Program-made: the position numbers and the translations under genes
The notes under the pieces: generated by a model
The model's database searches: none
Told to the model about the DNA's origin: nothing
Seen by the model: only the letters and a program-made list of their open reading frames with translations
In this document: positions 1-7,701 of the stretch, in pieces
Layout of the letters: every line of letters starts with the position of its first letter
Position numbering within the stretch: the stretch's first letter is position 1
Assembly (NCBI GenBank): GCA_036149055.1
Contig: JAYZQJ010000098.1
Coordinates: 1 to 18,331 of the forward strand
Source: Myxococcota bacterium
GTDB taxonomy: Bacteria > Myxococcota_A > Polyangia > Polyangiales > Sandaracinaceae
Direction: 5' to 3'
Length of the DNA stretch: 18,331 bases

Positions 1-104
1 GAGAACGGCAGCGGCAGCGAGAACGGCAGCGGCAGCGAGAACGGCAGCGGCAGCGAGAACGGCAGCGGCAGCGAGAACGGCAGCGGCAGCGAGAACGGCA
101 GCGG
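1..104. repeat. 18-bp tandem repeat (GAGAACGGCAGCGGCAGC) x5 plus a partial copy, truncated by the window start
   Basis: Perfect copies at 1, 19, 37, 55 and 73, partial copy at 91-104. Frame +1 would read (ENGSGS)n then GRRAGEQARRRA to a TAG at 139-141, but coding status cannot be determined. Confidence 0.95.
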
Positions 105-114
105 GCGCAGGGCC

Positions 115-405
115 GGAGAGCAGGCGCGGCGCCGGGCCTAGCTATTCCTCCTCGCCTCCCACCTCTCCTCCTCCCCGTGATCTGCGTTGACCATGAGGGC
201 GTCGGGCTCGGGTCCCGGCTGGCCCGTCGCCGGTGCCGAATGACGATATGACGACGAGCGTCCCCGCCCTCGCGACGGGAGAGCAGGCGCGGCGCCGGGC
301 CTAGCTATTCCTCCTCGCCTCCCACCTCCCTCCTCCCCGTGATCTGCGTTGACGACGAGGGCCTCGGGCCGGCGCTGAATGACGATATGACGACGAGCGT
401 CCCCG
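115..405. repeat. Two-copy direct repeat (115-266 and 278-405) with two conserved blocks around a variable middle
   Basis: Block A at 115-191 and 278-353 is identical apart from a 1-nt indel in the CT-rich tract. Block B GAATGACGATATGACGACGAGCGTCCCCG is identical at 238-266 and 377-405. The segments between blocks differ in length (46 vs 23 nt). Confidence 0.93.
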
Positions 406-424
406 GTCTCACGCCGGTCTCACG
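403..424. repeat. Perfect 11-bp tandem direct repeat CCGGTCTCACG x2, possible regulator site
   Basis: 403-413 and 414-424 are identical, about 20 nt upstream of a -10-like TAGGCT (445-450) in front of the gene at 457. Confidence 0.6.
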
Positions 425-456
425 GACTCCAGGCCGGGGTGCGGTAGGCTCGCCTC

Positions 457-1548
457 ATGCGCCGCGCTCTCGTCGTCGCCCTCTGCCTGGCCGGCTGCGC
501 CGGCGCCTCGGAGCCTCACGGCCTCGCTGCGAGCCCCGAAGAGCGCTCGCCGCCGAGCGGCGAGACGGGGCGCGAGGCCGCGGCTCGGTCGGAGGAGACC
601 GCGCCTGAACGGAGCCCGGCGTCGCCTGCGTCGTCCGAGGCGGTCCGCGCCTTCTTCGCCGCCCACGCGGGCTGCGACCCGCGGTGCGCGGCGAGCGACC
701 CCGACGCCGAGGGAACGAGCCTCTTCTTGACGGATCCTCGTCGGCTCGCCAGCGTGCCCTTCGCGGGCGGCGAGGCGCAGCTCTGGTCGGTGGGCTGGGC
801 CAACAGCGGCCCGGACTCGGGTACGGAGCTGGTGCTCGTGGTCCCGACGGCCTCGGCGCCCGAGGAGGCGGAGCGGGACGATGTGTGGGCGGCTCACGAG
901 CTGTTCCCCGCGGCGATCGAAGGGCACACCTCGGTCGCCGTGGGCGCGCTGGCGCACCGCTCGGAGCAAGACGTGATCGACGCGCGCGACGCCGCGTCCG
1001 AGCCGCGCCTCGAGGTCGACGGCGGGGTGCTGCGGGTGAGCTTCGAGGTGATCGAGCAGCGCAGCTGGCTGGTCGCGTTCGAGGAGTGCGAGGAGGTCGA
1101 GCGCGGCCCTCGCTTCCGCTACCGCGTCGAGACCCTGTGCTCCGCGCGCCCCGGGGGCGAGGACGCGCGAGAGCCCTGCGGACGCAGCTGCGTCGGCGAA
1201 GGCTGCCCCGCCCGCACCTGCGACGCCGGCGGCGCCCTCACGTGCCGGAGCCTGGTGACCGCGCGCTCGCTGCTCGCCCCCGGCGGCCTCGACGACTGCC
1301 GCGGCCCCGCCGGCCCCCGGCGACGGCCCACCCCCGAGGAGGCGCGCGCCGTCGCGCTCTCCGTGGAGGTGGTCGCGCCCGACCGCGTGCGGGTGACCGG
1401 CCCCTCCCCCGACGCCGGCGAGGTCGCCCTCGACGCCGTCCGAGGCCTCCCGCCCCTCGAGATCGTCTGCCCGCTGCTGGGCTTCGAGCAGGGCTGCGAC
1501 GACGAAGAACGCGCTCGCTACGACGCGCTCGTCGGCGCGGCGCGCTGA
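457..1548 (+). CDS. Hypothetical Cys-rich lipoprotein
   Basis: Signal peptide MRRALVVALCLAGC with LAG-C lipobox, then a Pro/Ser/Glu/Ala linker. Codons are GC3-biased and there are many Cys. No family recognised. Confidence 0.8.
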   Translation: MRRALVVALCLAGCAGASEPHGLAASPEERSPPSGETGREAAARSEETAPERSPASPASSEAVRAFFAAHAGCDPRCAASDPDAEGTSLFLTDPRRLASVPFAGGEAQLWSVGWANSGPDSGTELVLVVPTASAPEEAERDDVWAAHELFPAAIEGHTSVAVGALAHRSEQDVIDARDAASEPRLEVDGGVLRVSFEVIEQRSWLVAFEECEEVERGPRFRYRVETLCSARPGGEDAREPCGRSCVGEGCPARTCDAGGALTCRSLVTARSLLAPGGLDDCRGPAGPRRRPTPEEARAVALSVEVVAPDRVRVTGPSPDAGEVALDAVRGLPPLEIVCPLLGFEQGCDDEERARYDALVGAAR

Positions 1549-1558
1549 AGGAAGGAGA

Positions 1559-2272
1559 TCAGAACACCCCGGACCAGCCGAAGAGGGGCATCGTCATCTC
1601 TCCGGGGGGCGCCTCGCGCGGCCACGGGTGCTCGGCGATCGCGACCTCGGCCAGGGTGATGGCGACGCCGAGGACCGCCAGGCCGACGCTGGTCGCGATC
1701 ACCCCGGAGAGCTCGTCGAGCCCGATCGCCGTGAGCACGACGCCGACGAGCGACGCCGCGAGGATCGGGCCCCAGCTCAGGAAGTGCGCCTCCTCGACCA
1801 GCTGCGGGTCGTGGGCGAGCCGCTCCATGCGCAGCACCGAGTAGGTGGCGGCGCCGCCCGCCCCGGCGATCAGGCCCGCGACGCCGACGATGGAGAGCGC
1901 GTCGCCTCGCTCCCCGGCGGCGCGCAGCGAGAAGGACAGCAGCCCGCCGAGCAGCGCGCCCCCGACGACGCCGTGGTGGAAGACCATCGCCGGCTCGACC
2001 GGGACGCCGTAGGCCTGGGTGACGCCGGAGAGCACGGCGCTGCTGACCACCGCGGCGAGCGACATCGCGGCGCCGACCGCGATCCCGTCCCCCCGGTCGA
2101 CGGCGGCGACCAGCGCGGCCGTCAGGAGCAGCCCGGCCTCCAGGGTGGCGACGCCCCAGGTGAGCCCGGTGGAGTCCTGGAACGTCGGGCCTTCGTCGGT
2201 CTGGGCCCGGGCGGCGGCGGGCGCGCCGGCGAGGGAGAGCGCGAGGATCCCGGCGAGGGCGAAGCGTGCCAT
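1559..2272 (-). CDS. Hypothetical Gly/Ala-rich multi-pass membrane protein with signal peptide
   Basis: Start moved to the ATG at 2272 (MARFALAGILALSLAGAPAAARA-QTD, with an A-x-A cleavage site). Roughly 6-7 hydrophobic segments; C-terminus LFGWSGVF. Confidence 0.8.
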   Translation of the reverse strand: MARFALAGILALSLAGAPAAARAQTDEGPTFQDSTGLTWGVATLEAGLLLTAALVAAVDRGDGIAVGAAMSLAAVVSSAVLSGVTQAYGVPVEPAMVFHHGVVGGALLGGLLSFSLRAAGERGDALSIVGVAGLIAGAGGAATYSVLRMERLAHDPQLVEEAHFLSWGPILAASLVGVVLTAIGLDELSGVIATSVGLAVLGVAITLAEVAIAEHPWPREAPPGEMTMPLFGWSGVF

Positions 2273-2354
2273 GCGGACAACCGTAGCCGGAGAAGATGAC
2301 GTTCTCGTGAGGAACCTCACCTGGGCGCCGATTTCCGGTATGATCTCGGCAGCG

Positions 2355-4286
2355 ATGGGTGACCACTCGGTCTCGGGCAAGCTCGATCAGGAAGAAACGC
2401 GCGCCTTCATGAAGGCGCTCCTCGCCGACGTGAGGGCGCTCGAGGTCATGCTCGAGCGCGGCATGTTCGACGAAGGCCGACGCCGCGTCGGCGCCGAACA
2501 GGAGATGTTCCTGGTCGACGCCGACATGCGGCCCGCGCCCGTCGCGTGCGAGATCCTCGACGGATGCGAGGAGAGACGGCTCACGACCGAGCTGGCTCGC
2601 TTCAACCTCGAGGCGAACGTCGACCCACGGGTCTTCGGGGGCACCGCGCTCAGTGAGCTCGAGGCCGAGATCCGCACCCTGGTCGGGATCGCCGACGGTC
2701 GCGCCCACGCGCACGGCGCGCGGGTGCTGCTCACCGGCATCCTGCCGACGCTCCGACGGAGCGATCTGGGCCTCTCGAACATGACGCCGAGCCCCCGCTA
2801 CCGGGCGCTCAACGACACGCTCCTCACGATGCGTGGCGGCGACTTCCACATCGAGATCAAGGGCATCGACGAGCTCAACGTCCGGCACGACAACGTCATG
2901 TTCGAGGCCTGTAACACGAGCTTCCAGGTGCACTTCCAGGTGGCGCCGAAGGAGTTCGCGAAGCTCTACAACGTGGCCCAGCTCGTCACCGCGCCCGTGC
3001 TCGCCGCCGCGGTGAACTCGCCGATGCTCTTCGGCTCGAGGCTCTGGCACGAGACGCGGATCGCGCTCTTCTCCAGCTCGATCGACGAGCGCTCCAGCTC
3101 CCGCGCGGCCCGCGGCTTCCGCCCGCGCGTCACCTTCGGCGACGGCTGGGTGAAGAGCTCGGTGCTCGAGATCTTCCGCGAGCAGATCGCCCGCTTCCGC
3201 GTCGTCCTGAGCGCGCCCGCGAACGGCGACCCGATGAAGGCGGTGGAGCGCGGCGAGGCGCCCAAGCTGAGCGCGCTGCGGCTCCACAACGGCACCGTCT
3301 ACCGGTGGAACCGCGCTTGCTACGGCATCAACGACGACGGGGTGGCGCACCTCCGCATCGAGAACCGCGTGCTCCCGAGCGGCCCGACGATCCTCGACGA
3401 GGTGGCCAACGCCGCCTTCTTCTTCGGCCTGATGAGCGGCGTGGTCGAGCGCATCGGCGACCCCCAGCACGCGCTGGACTTCGACATCGCGAAGGACAAC
3501 TTCTTCGCGGCGGCGCGGCACGGGCTGAAGGCCCAGTTCACCTGGCTCGACGGCGAGACCCTGACCGCCGGGGAGCTGATCCGGGAGCGCCTGCTCCCGC
3601 TCGCCCGCGAGGGGCTCGAGCACGTGAAGATCGCGGGCGAGGACATCGATCGCTACCTCGGCGTCATCGCCGCCCGGGTCGACGCGGGCCGCACCGGCGC
3701 CGCCTGGACGCTCGAGTCGGTCAGCGCGATCGGCAAGGACGTCTCCGAGGACATGCGCGAGCGCATGCTGCTGAAGACGATGCTGGAGCACCAGCGCACC
3801 GGCACCCCCGTGCACGAGTGGGCCACGCCGGTGCTCGGCGCCATGAGCGATCAGGAGGACGAGTGGCGGCGCGGGCTGCAGCGCGTCGGCCAGTTCATGA
3901 GCACCGATCTCTTCACCGTGCAGCCGACCGACCTGGTCGACCTCGCCGCGAGCGTGATGGAGTGGGAGCACATCAAGCACGTCCTCGTGGAGGACGATGA
4001 CGGACACCTGCTCGGCCTGGTCACGCACCGCTCGCTCCTCCGCCTGGTGGCGCGTGGCGGACACGAGGGCAAGGCGCCGATCATCGTGCAGGACATCATG
4101 ATCGAGTCGCCCCGTACGGTGACACCCGACACGCCGACCCTCGAGGCGATGCAGCTCATGCGGGAGGAGCGGGTGGGCTGCCTCCCGGTCTGTGAGGACG
4201 GTCGGCTGGTCGGGATCATCACCCAGAGCGACCTCATCCGCGTCTCGGCGCACCTCCTGGAGAAGTTCCTGAAGGGAGAGCGCTGA
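2355..4286 (+). CDS. Glutamate-cysteine ligase family 2 (GCS2)-like protein with C-terminal tandem CBS domains
   Basis: Ligase motifs VGAEQEMFLVD, TTELARFNLEAN, NTSFQVH, RWNR and LRIENRVLP. CBS pair VGQFMSTDLFTV...IKHVLVEDDDGHLLGLVTHR and VQDIMIESPRTVTPDT...VGCLPVCEDGRLVGIITQSD. Start at the ATG at 2355 (2340 is possible). Confidence 0.9.
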   Translation: MGDHSVSGKLDQEETRAFMKALLADVRALEVMLERGMFDEGRRRVGAEQEMFLVDADMRPAPVACEILDGCEERRLTTELARFNLEANVDPRVFGGTALSELEAEIRTLVGIADGRAHAHGARVLLTGILPTLRRSDLGLSNMTPSPRYRALNDTLLTMRGGDFHIEIKGIDELNVRHDNVMFEACNTSFQVHFQVAPKEFAKLYNVAQLVTAPVLAAAVNSPMLFGSRLWHETRIALFSSSIDERSSSRAARGFRPRVTFGDGWVKSSVLEIFREQIARFRVVLSAPANGDPMKAVERGEAPKLSALRLHNGTVYRWNRACYGINDDGVAHLRIENRVLPSGPTILDEVANAAFFFGLMSGVVERIGDPQHALDFDIAKDNFFAAARHGLKAQFTWLDGETLTAGELIRERLLPLAREGLEHVKIAGEDIDRYLGVIAARVDAGRTGAAWTLESVSAIGKDVSEDMRERMLLKTMLEHQRTGTPVHEWATPVLGAMSDQEDEWRRGLQRVGQFMSTDLFTVQPTDLVDLAASVMEWEHIKHVLVEDDDGHLLGLVTHRSLLRLVARGGHEGKAPIIVQDIMIESPRTVTPDTPTLEAMQLMREERVGCLPVCEDGRLVGIITQSDLIRVSAHLLEKFLKGER

Positions 4287-4291
4287 CGGAA

Positions 4292-4332
4292 CGAGAGAGG
4301 CCCGGAGGCGGATGCCCCCGGGCCTCGTCTCG
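4292..4332 (-). terminator. Stem-loop between convergent genes, probable intrinsic terminator
   Basis: CGAGA-GAGGCCCGG-A-GGC / loop GGAT / GCC-C-CCGGGCCTC-G-TCTCG. The A/C mismatch becomes a G-U pair on the minus strand. The U tail is weak. Confidence 0.6.
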
Positions 4333-4346
4333 AGCGCCGGTCGACG

Positions 4347-6743
4347 TCAGGGCGTGATCGACACGTCGTCGATCCCGAACCCTTCTTCCGTCAGGCTTCC
4401 GTCGCTGTCGAAGCGGTGCCGGATCCGGACCGCCGCCTCGCCGGCGGTGCCGGTCAGCGGGTGCGAGGCCATGCGCCAGGCCGCGCCCGACACGCCGTCC
4501 CACCACTCGTTCGTCGTGTCGTTGTACCAGTTGGTGCCCATCGACCCATCGCCGAGCTTGGTCCACGTCCCGGTCGACGCGGTCCAGACCTCGACCCAAC
4601 CCTCGTCACAGCAGCTCTCGGTCTCGAAGATGTGCTGGAACGAGAGCGTCGGGTCGGTCGCCACGGCGGAGAAGTCGAAGCAGCCCGACCGGACCCACGA
4701 GCTCTCGTTGCTCGGGTAGTTGCCGCTCAGGTTGGTGACCCAGGCGTTGGTGCCGCCGCCCGCGGCCGCGATCACGGTCCCGGCCGGAGCGCCGTGCGCC
4801 CACGAGAAGTTGGCGCCTCCGGCGGTCCAGCCGCCGTTGTCCGCCTCGAAATCCTCGGTGTAGCCGGCGCCGAGCGGCAGGAGCCCGCTGACGACCCCCG
4901 TCGACATGTCGTTGGTCGCGTCCTCGTCGCCGACGAGCACGACGCTCGCCTCGATGACGTAGGTCCCCGGGGCGGTCAGGTCGAAGGTGGCGGTGGTCTG
5001 GTAGGTCTCGCGAGCGCCGGGCGCGATCGTCAGCGTGACGGTCTCCGTGGTCGTCGCGCCGCCGTCCACCGAGAAGACCACGTCGAACGAGGTGATCGTC
5101 GTGGAGCCCACGTTGGCGACCTCGATGTTGAGGGCATCGGTGCTCGTGGGACACTCGCCGAGACCGAGCGACACCGAGGCGACCGCCGCGTCGGTCACCG
5201 GCTCGATGCGGACGTTGTCCACGTAGAACCCGTCACGGGTCACGCTGCCGTCGCTGTCGAAGACGAAGCGGATGCGGACGTCGGCGTTCCCGGCCGCGCC
5301 GACCAGGGGGTAGGCCGCCCTGCGCCAACCGGAGCTGGTGCCGTCCCACCAGTCGTTGCTGGTGTCGTTGTACCAGTTGACGCCGCCGCCGGCCTCGCCG
5401 AGCTTGGTGAAGGTCGCGCCGCCATCGAGGGAGATCTCCACCCAACCCTCGTCGCAGCACCCCTCGGTCTCGAAGCGGTGGTCGAAGGTCAGCATGGGAT
5501 CCCCCGTCACTCGGCTCATGTCGAGCGGAGGCGACTCCATGTACGACTCGTCCTCGCTGTTGTTGTACGAGCCCGCCGGGTTGGTCGCGATGAGCATCGT
5601 CGGCGTGCCGCCGGGCCCGTCGGCCATGCCGTGCGCCCAGCTGCTGTTCGTGCCGCCCGCGGTCCAGCCCCCAGGGCCGGCCTCGAAGTCCTCGAAGTAG
5701 CTAAACTCCGACCGGCAGACCGGCATCGCGCCGGCGTCGTCACAGAACACCGCGGTGGCGGCGCAGTCCGTCGTGGTCTCCACCGCGCAGCCGAACTCGT
5801 TCGGCTGACAGACGACGAGGTTGTCGCCCATGCAGGCGCGTCCCACCGGGCTGCACTCCATCACGCCCATGCAGGGGTCGACGGCGGCGGTGCTGCACGT
5901 CGGCGCCGGCGAGCCGGCCGCGTCGCAGAACCCGAACATCGTGTCGGTGCAGGTGGTCCGCGTCTCGACCATGCAGCCGAAGGCGTCCATCTCGCACTCG
6001 ACGAGCTCCGGGCCGTCGCAGGTCGCGCCGAGCGTGGCGCACTGATCGACGCCGTCACAGGGATCGCCCGTGAAGGTGCAGGCCGCGGGGGCCGCGGCGC
6101 CGTCGCAGGTGCCGGAGGCGCGCGAGGAGCAGTCGTCACGCGTCTCGACGAGGCAGCCGAACGCGTTGGGCGCGCAGGTCACGAGCGTGTCGCCGTCGCA
6201 GCTCGTGCCCTCGGCGGCGCACGCGTCGGCGACACCGGCGCACGGGTCCGGCGGGAGCGCGCACATCGGCATCGCGCCGCCGTCGTCGCAGACGCCGCCC
6301 GGGGAGGCGGCGCAGTCGGTCACGTCGAGGACCAGACATCCGTCGGCGTTGGGAGCGCACACCTCGAGGGAGTCGCCGTCACAGGCGCGACCCTCGGTGT
6401 CGCAGCGCTCGGCCGCGGGGATCGCCTCGCAGGGGTCGACGACGCACATCGCGGCGGCACCCGAGTCGTCACAGGAGCCGCCCGCGGTCGCGGCGCAGTC
6501 CATCTCGGTCTCCACCAGGCAGCCGTCGGCGTTCGCCGCGCAGGTGACGAGCGTGTCTCCCGAGCAGCTCGTCCCCGCGGCCGCGCACTGCTCCACGTCC
6601 GCGCACGGGTCGACTCCGCTGTCCGGATCTTCACCCGAATCCATCATCTGGCCGCTGTCGGGCGTGTCGGGGGATGAGTCACACCCCACCGTGAGCAGCA
6701 CCGCCATGAGCAGCGACGCACCGTTCAATCTCATCCAATCCAT
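4347..6743 (-). CDS. Large surface lipoprotein: five ~60-aa 8-Cys repeats, a beta-sandwich (immune inhibitor A/MAM/cleaved-adhesin-like) domain, a CARDB-like Ig domain and a second beta-sandwich domain
   Basis: GGAGGA precedes the ATG at 6743 (alternative 6734). Signal MDWMRLNGASLLMAVLLTVG-C. Repeats DPC..C..G..C.GD.LV.C..N..GC.VE...C..C.D..C at about 5715-6611. Duplicated domains Y.EDFEA..GGWTAGG.N.SWAHG...ETE.CCDEGWVE...F.IDDV.I. Confidence 0.88.
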   Translation of the reverse strand: MDWMRLNGASLLMAVLLTVGCDSSPDTPDSGQMMDSGEDPDSGVDPCADVEQCAAAGTSCSGDTLVTCAANADGCLVETEMDCAATAGGSCDDSGAAAMCVVDPCEAIPAAERCDTEGRACDGDSLEVCAPNADGCLVLDVTDCAASPGGVCDDGGAMPMCALPPDPCAGVADACAAEGTSCDGDTLVTCAPNAFGCLVETRDDCSSRASGTCDGAAAPAACTFTGDPCDGVDQCATLGATCDGPELVECEMDAFGCMVETRTTCTDTMFGFCDAAGSPAPTCSTAAVDPCMGVMECSPVGRACMGDNLVVCQPNEFGCAVETTTDCAATAVFCDDAGAMPVCRSEFSYFEDFEAGPGGWTAGGTNSSWAHGMADGPGGTPTMLIATNPAGSYNNSEDESYMESPPLDMSRVTGDPMLTFDHRFETEGCCDEGWVEISLDGGATFTKLGEAGGGVNWYNDTSNDWWDGTSSGWRRAAYPLVGAAGNADVRIRFVFDSDGSVTRDGFYVDNVRIEPVTDAAVASVSLGLGECPTSTDALNIEVANVGSTTITSFDVVFSVDGGATTTETVTLTIAPGARETYQTTATFDLTAPGTYVIEASVVLVGDEDATNDMSTGVVSGLLPLGAGYTEDFEADNGGWTAGGANFSWAHGAPAGTVIAAAGGGTNAWVTNLSGNYPSNESSWVRSGCFDFSAVATDPTLSFQHIFETESCCDEGWVEVWTASTGTWTKLGDGSMGTNWYNDTTNEWWDGVSGAAWRMASHPLTGTAGEAAVRIRHRFDSDGSLTEEGFGIDDVSITP

Positions 6744-6942
6744 CTGTCCTCCATCGAAGCAAGGCTTCGCCCCACGCACACTCGTGAGAGCCAGGACGGT
6801 GTCACGAGTTCGGCACACGGTCCATCCCGACCCTTGCCTACGCGATTCATGGGCGATTGGACTACGCATCCCCGATGGAGGACGAATCCCGGGGGCCAGG
6901 AGAGCGCGCTCTGCCCGCCGTGGGGCTGCTATCGTCCGGGCG

Positions 6943-7701
6943 ATGACCCGTGTGAAGACCGAGGACCTGGGCGGGGTGCGGCTGCTGACGCTGAGCCGGC
7001 CGCAGAAGAAGAACGCCTTCGACGTAGCCCAGGCGGAGGAGCTCTGGGCGGCGATCGAGGCGGCGGACGCGGACGACGCGGTGCGGGTGATCGCGGTCAC
7101 CGGCGAGGGCGACTACTTCACCGGCGGCGCGGACATCACCCTCTTCCGCGACTTCGCTTCGCTCGACCCCGCGTCGCTGAAGAAGGTCGCCGGGCTGTAC
7201 GAGCCGCTGCGGGCCTGCGCCAAGCCGACGGTCGCGATCCTTCAGGGCCACTGCGTGGGCATGGGGGTGACGGTGCTGCCGAGCTTCGACCTCGTCTACG
7301 CCGCCGACCACATCACGTTCACCACGCCGTTCGTGAAGATCGGGCTGGTGCAGGAGTACGGCAGCTCGCACACGCTGCCGCGCCTGCTCGGCCTCCAGCG
7401 GGCGAAGGAGCTGCTCCTGCGCGCCAGCCCGCTCGACGCGAAGACGGCGGCCGAGTGGGGGCTGGTCACCCGGGTGTTCCCCGCCGACCGGCTGCGGGAC
7501 GAGGCGATGAAGATCGCGACCGAGCTGGCGGGCAACCCGCCGGGCGCGGTGGCGGAGGCGAAGCGGCTCCTCGAGGTCGGGGTGATGGCCAGCTTCGACG
7601 AGGCCTGCCGCGCCGAGGACGACGCGCTCGCGTCCCGCTACGGCTCGCCGGAGAACGTGAAGGCGGTCACCGCGATCCTGTCGCGCAAGAAGAAGGCGTG
7701 A
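6943..7701 (+). CDS. Enoyl-CoA hydratase/isomerase (crotonase) family protein, ECI2/PECI-like delta3,delta2-isomerase type
   Basis: Motifs LLTLSRPQKKNAF, YFTGGADI, KPTVAILQGHCVGMG, FDLVYAAD...FTTPFVKIGLVQEYGSSHTLPRLLG...AKELLL and AAEWGLVTRV. Start at the ATG at 6943. Confidence 0.92.
   Translation: MTRVKTEDLGGVRLLTLSRPQKKNAFDVAQAEELWAAIEAADADDAVRVIAVTGEGDYFTGGADITLFRDFASLDPASLKKVAGLYEPLRACAKPTVAILQGHCVGMGVTVLPSFDLVYAADHITFTTPFVKIGLVQEYGSSHTLPRLLGLQRAKELLLRASPLDAKTAAEWGLVTRVFPADRLRDEAMKIATELAGNPPGAVAEAKRLLEVGVMASFDEACRAEDDALASRYGSPENVKAVTAILSRKKKA

Noticed and set aside
248..304. Small ORF MTTSVPALATGEQARRRA spanning the repeat junction, and ORF 339-608
   Set aside because: No RBS or coding signal. 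They arise from the repeat sequence, and 339-608 overlaps the lipoprotein gene out of frame.
115..405. CRISPR array or IS element at the 5' end
   Set aside because: Block sizes and spacing are irregular, the variable middles are partly similar to each other, and there is no transposase or terminal inverted repeat.
1518..4253. 911-aa minus-strand ORF, and similar long ORFs 4416-6677(+), 7638-9659(-), 9530-11029(-), 9412-11205(+), 10815-12482(-), 14363-15730(+), 16181-18304(-)
   Set aside because: Antisense or alternative-frame shadows of genes with clear family motifs. They are Arg/Ala/Gly/Pro-rich or mirror-codon sequences with no motifs, as expected when stop codons are scarce in high-GC DNA.
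6759..6775. Possible sigma-54 promoter (GG-N10-GC, GGGGCGAAGCCTTGCT on minus) for the large lipoprotein
   Set aside because: Poor match to TGGCACG at -24, and the implied start site would fall within the RBS.
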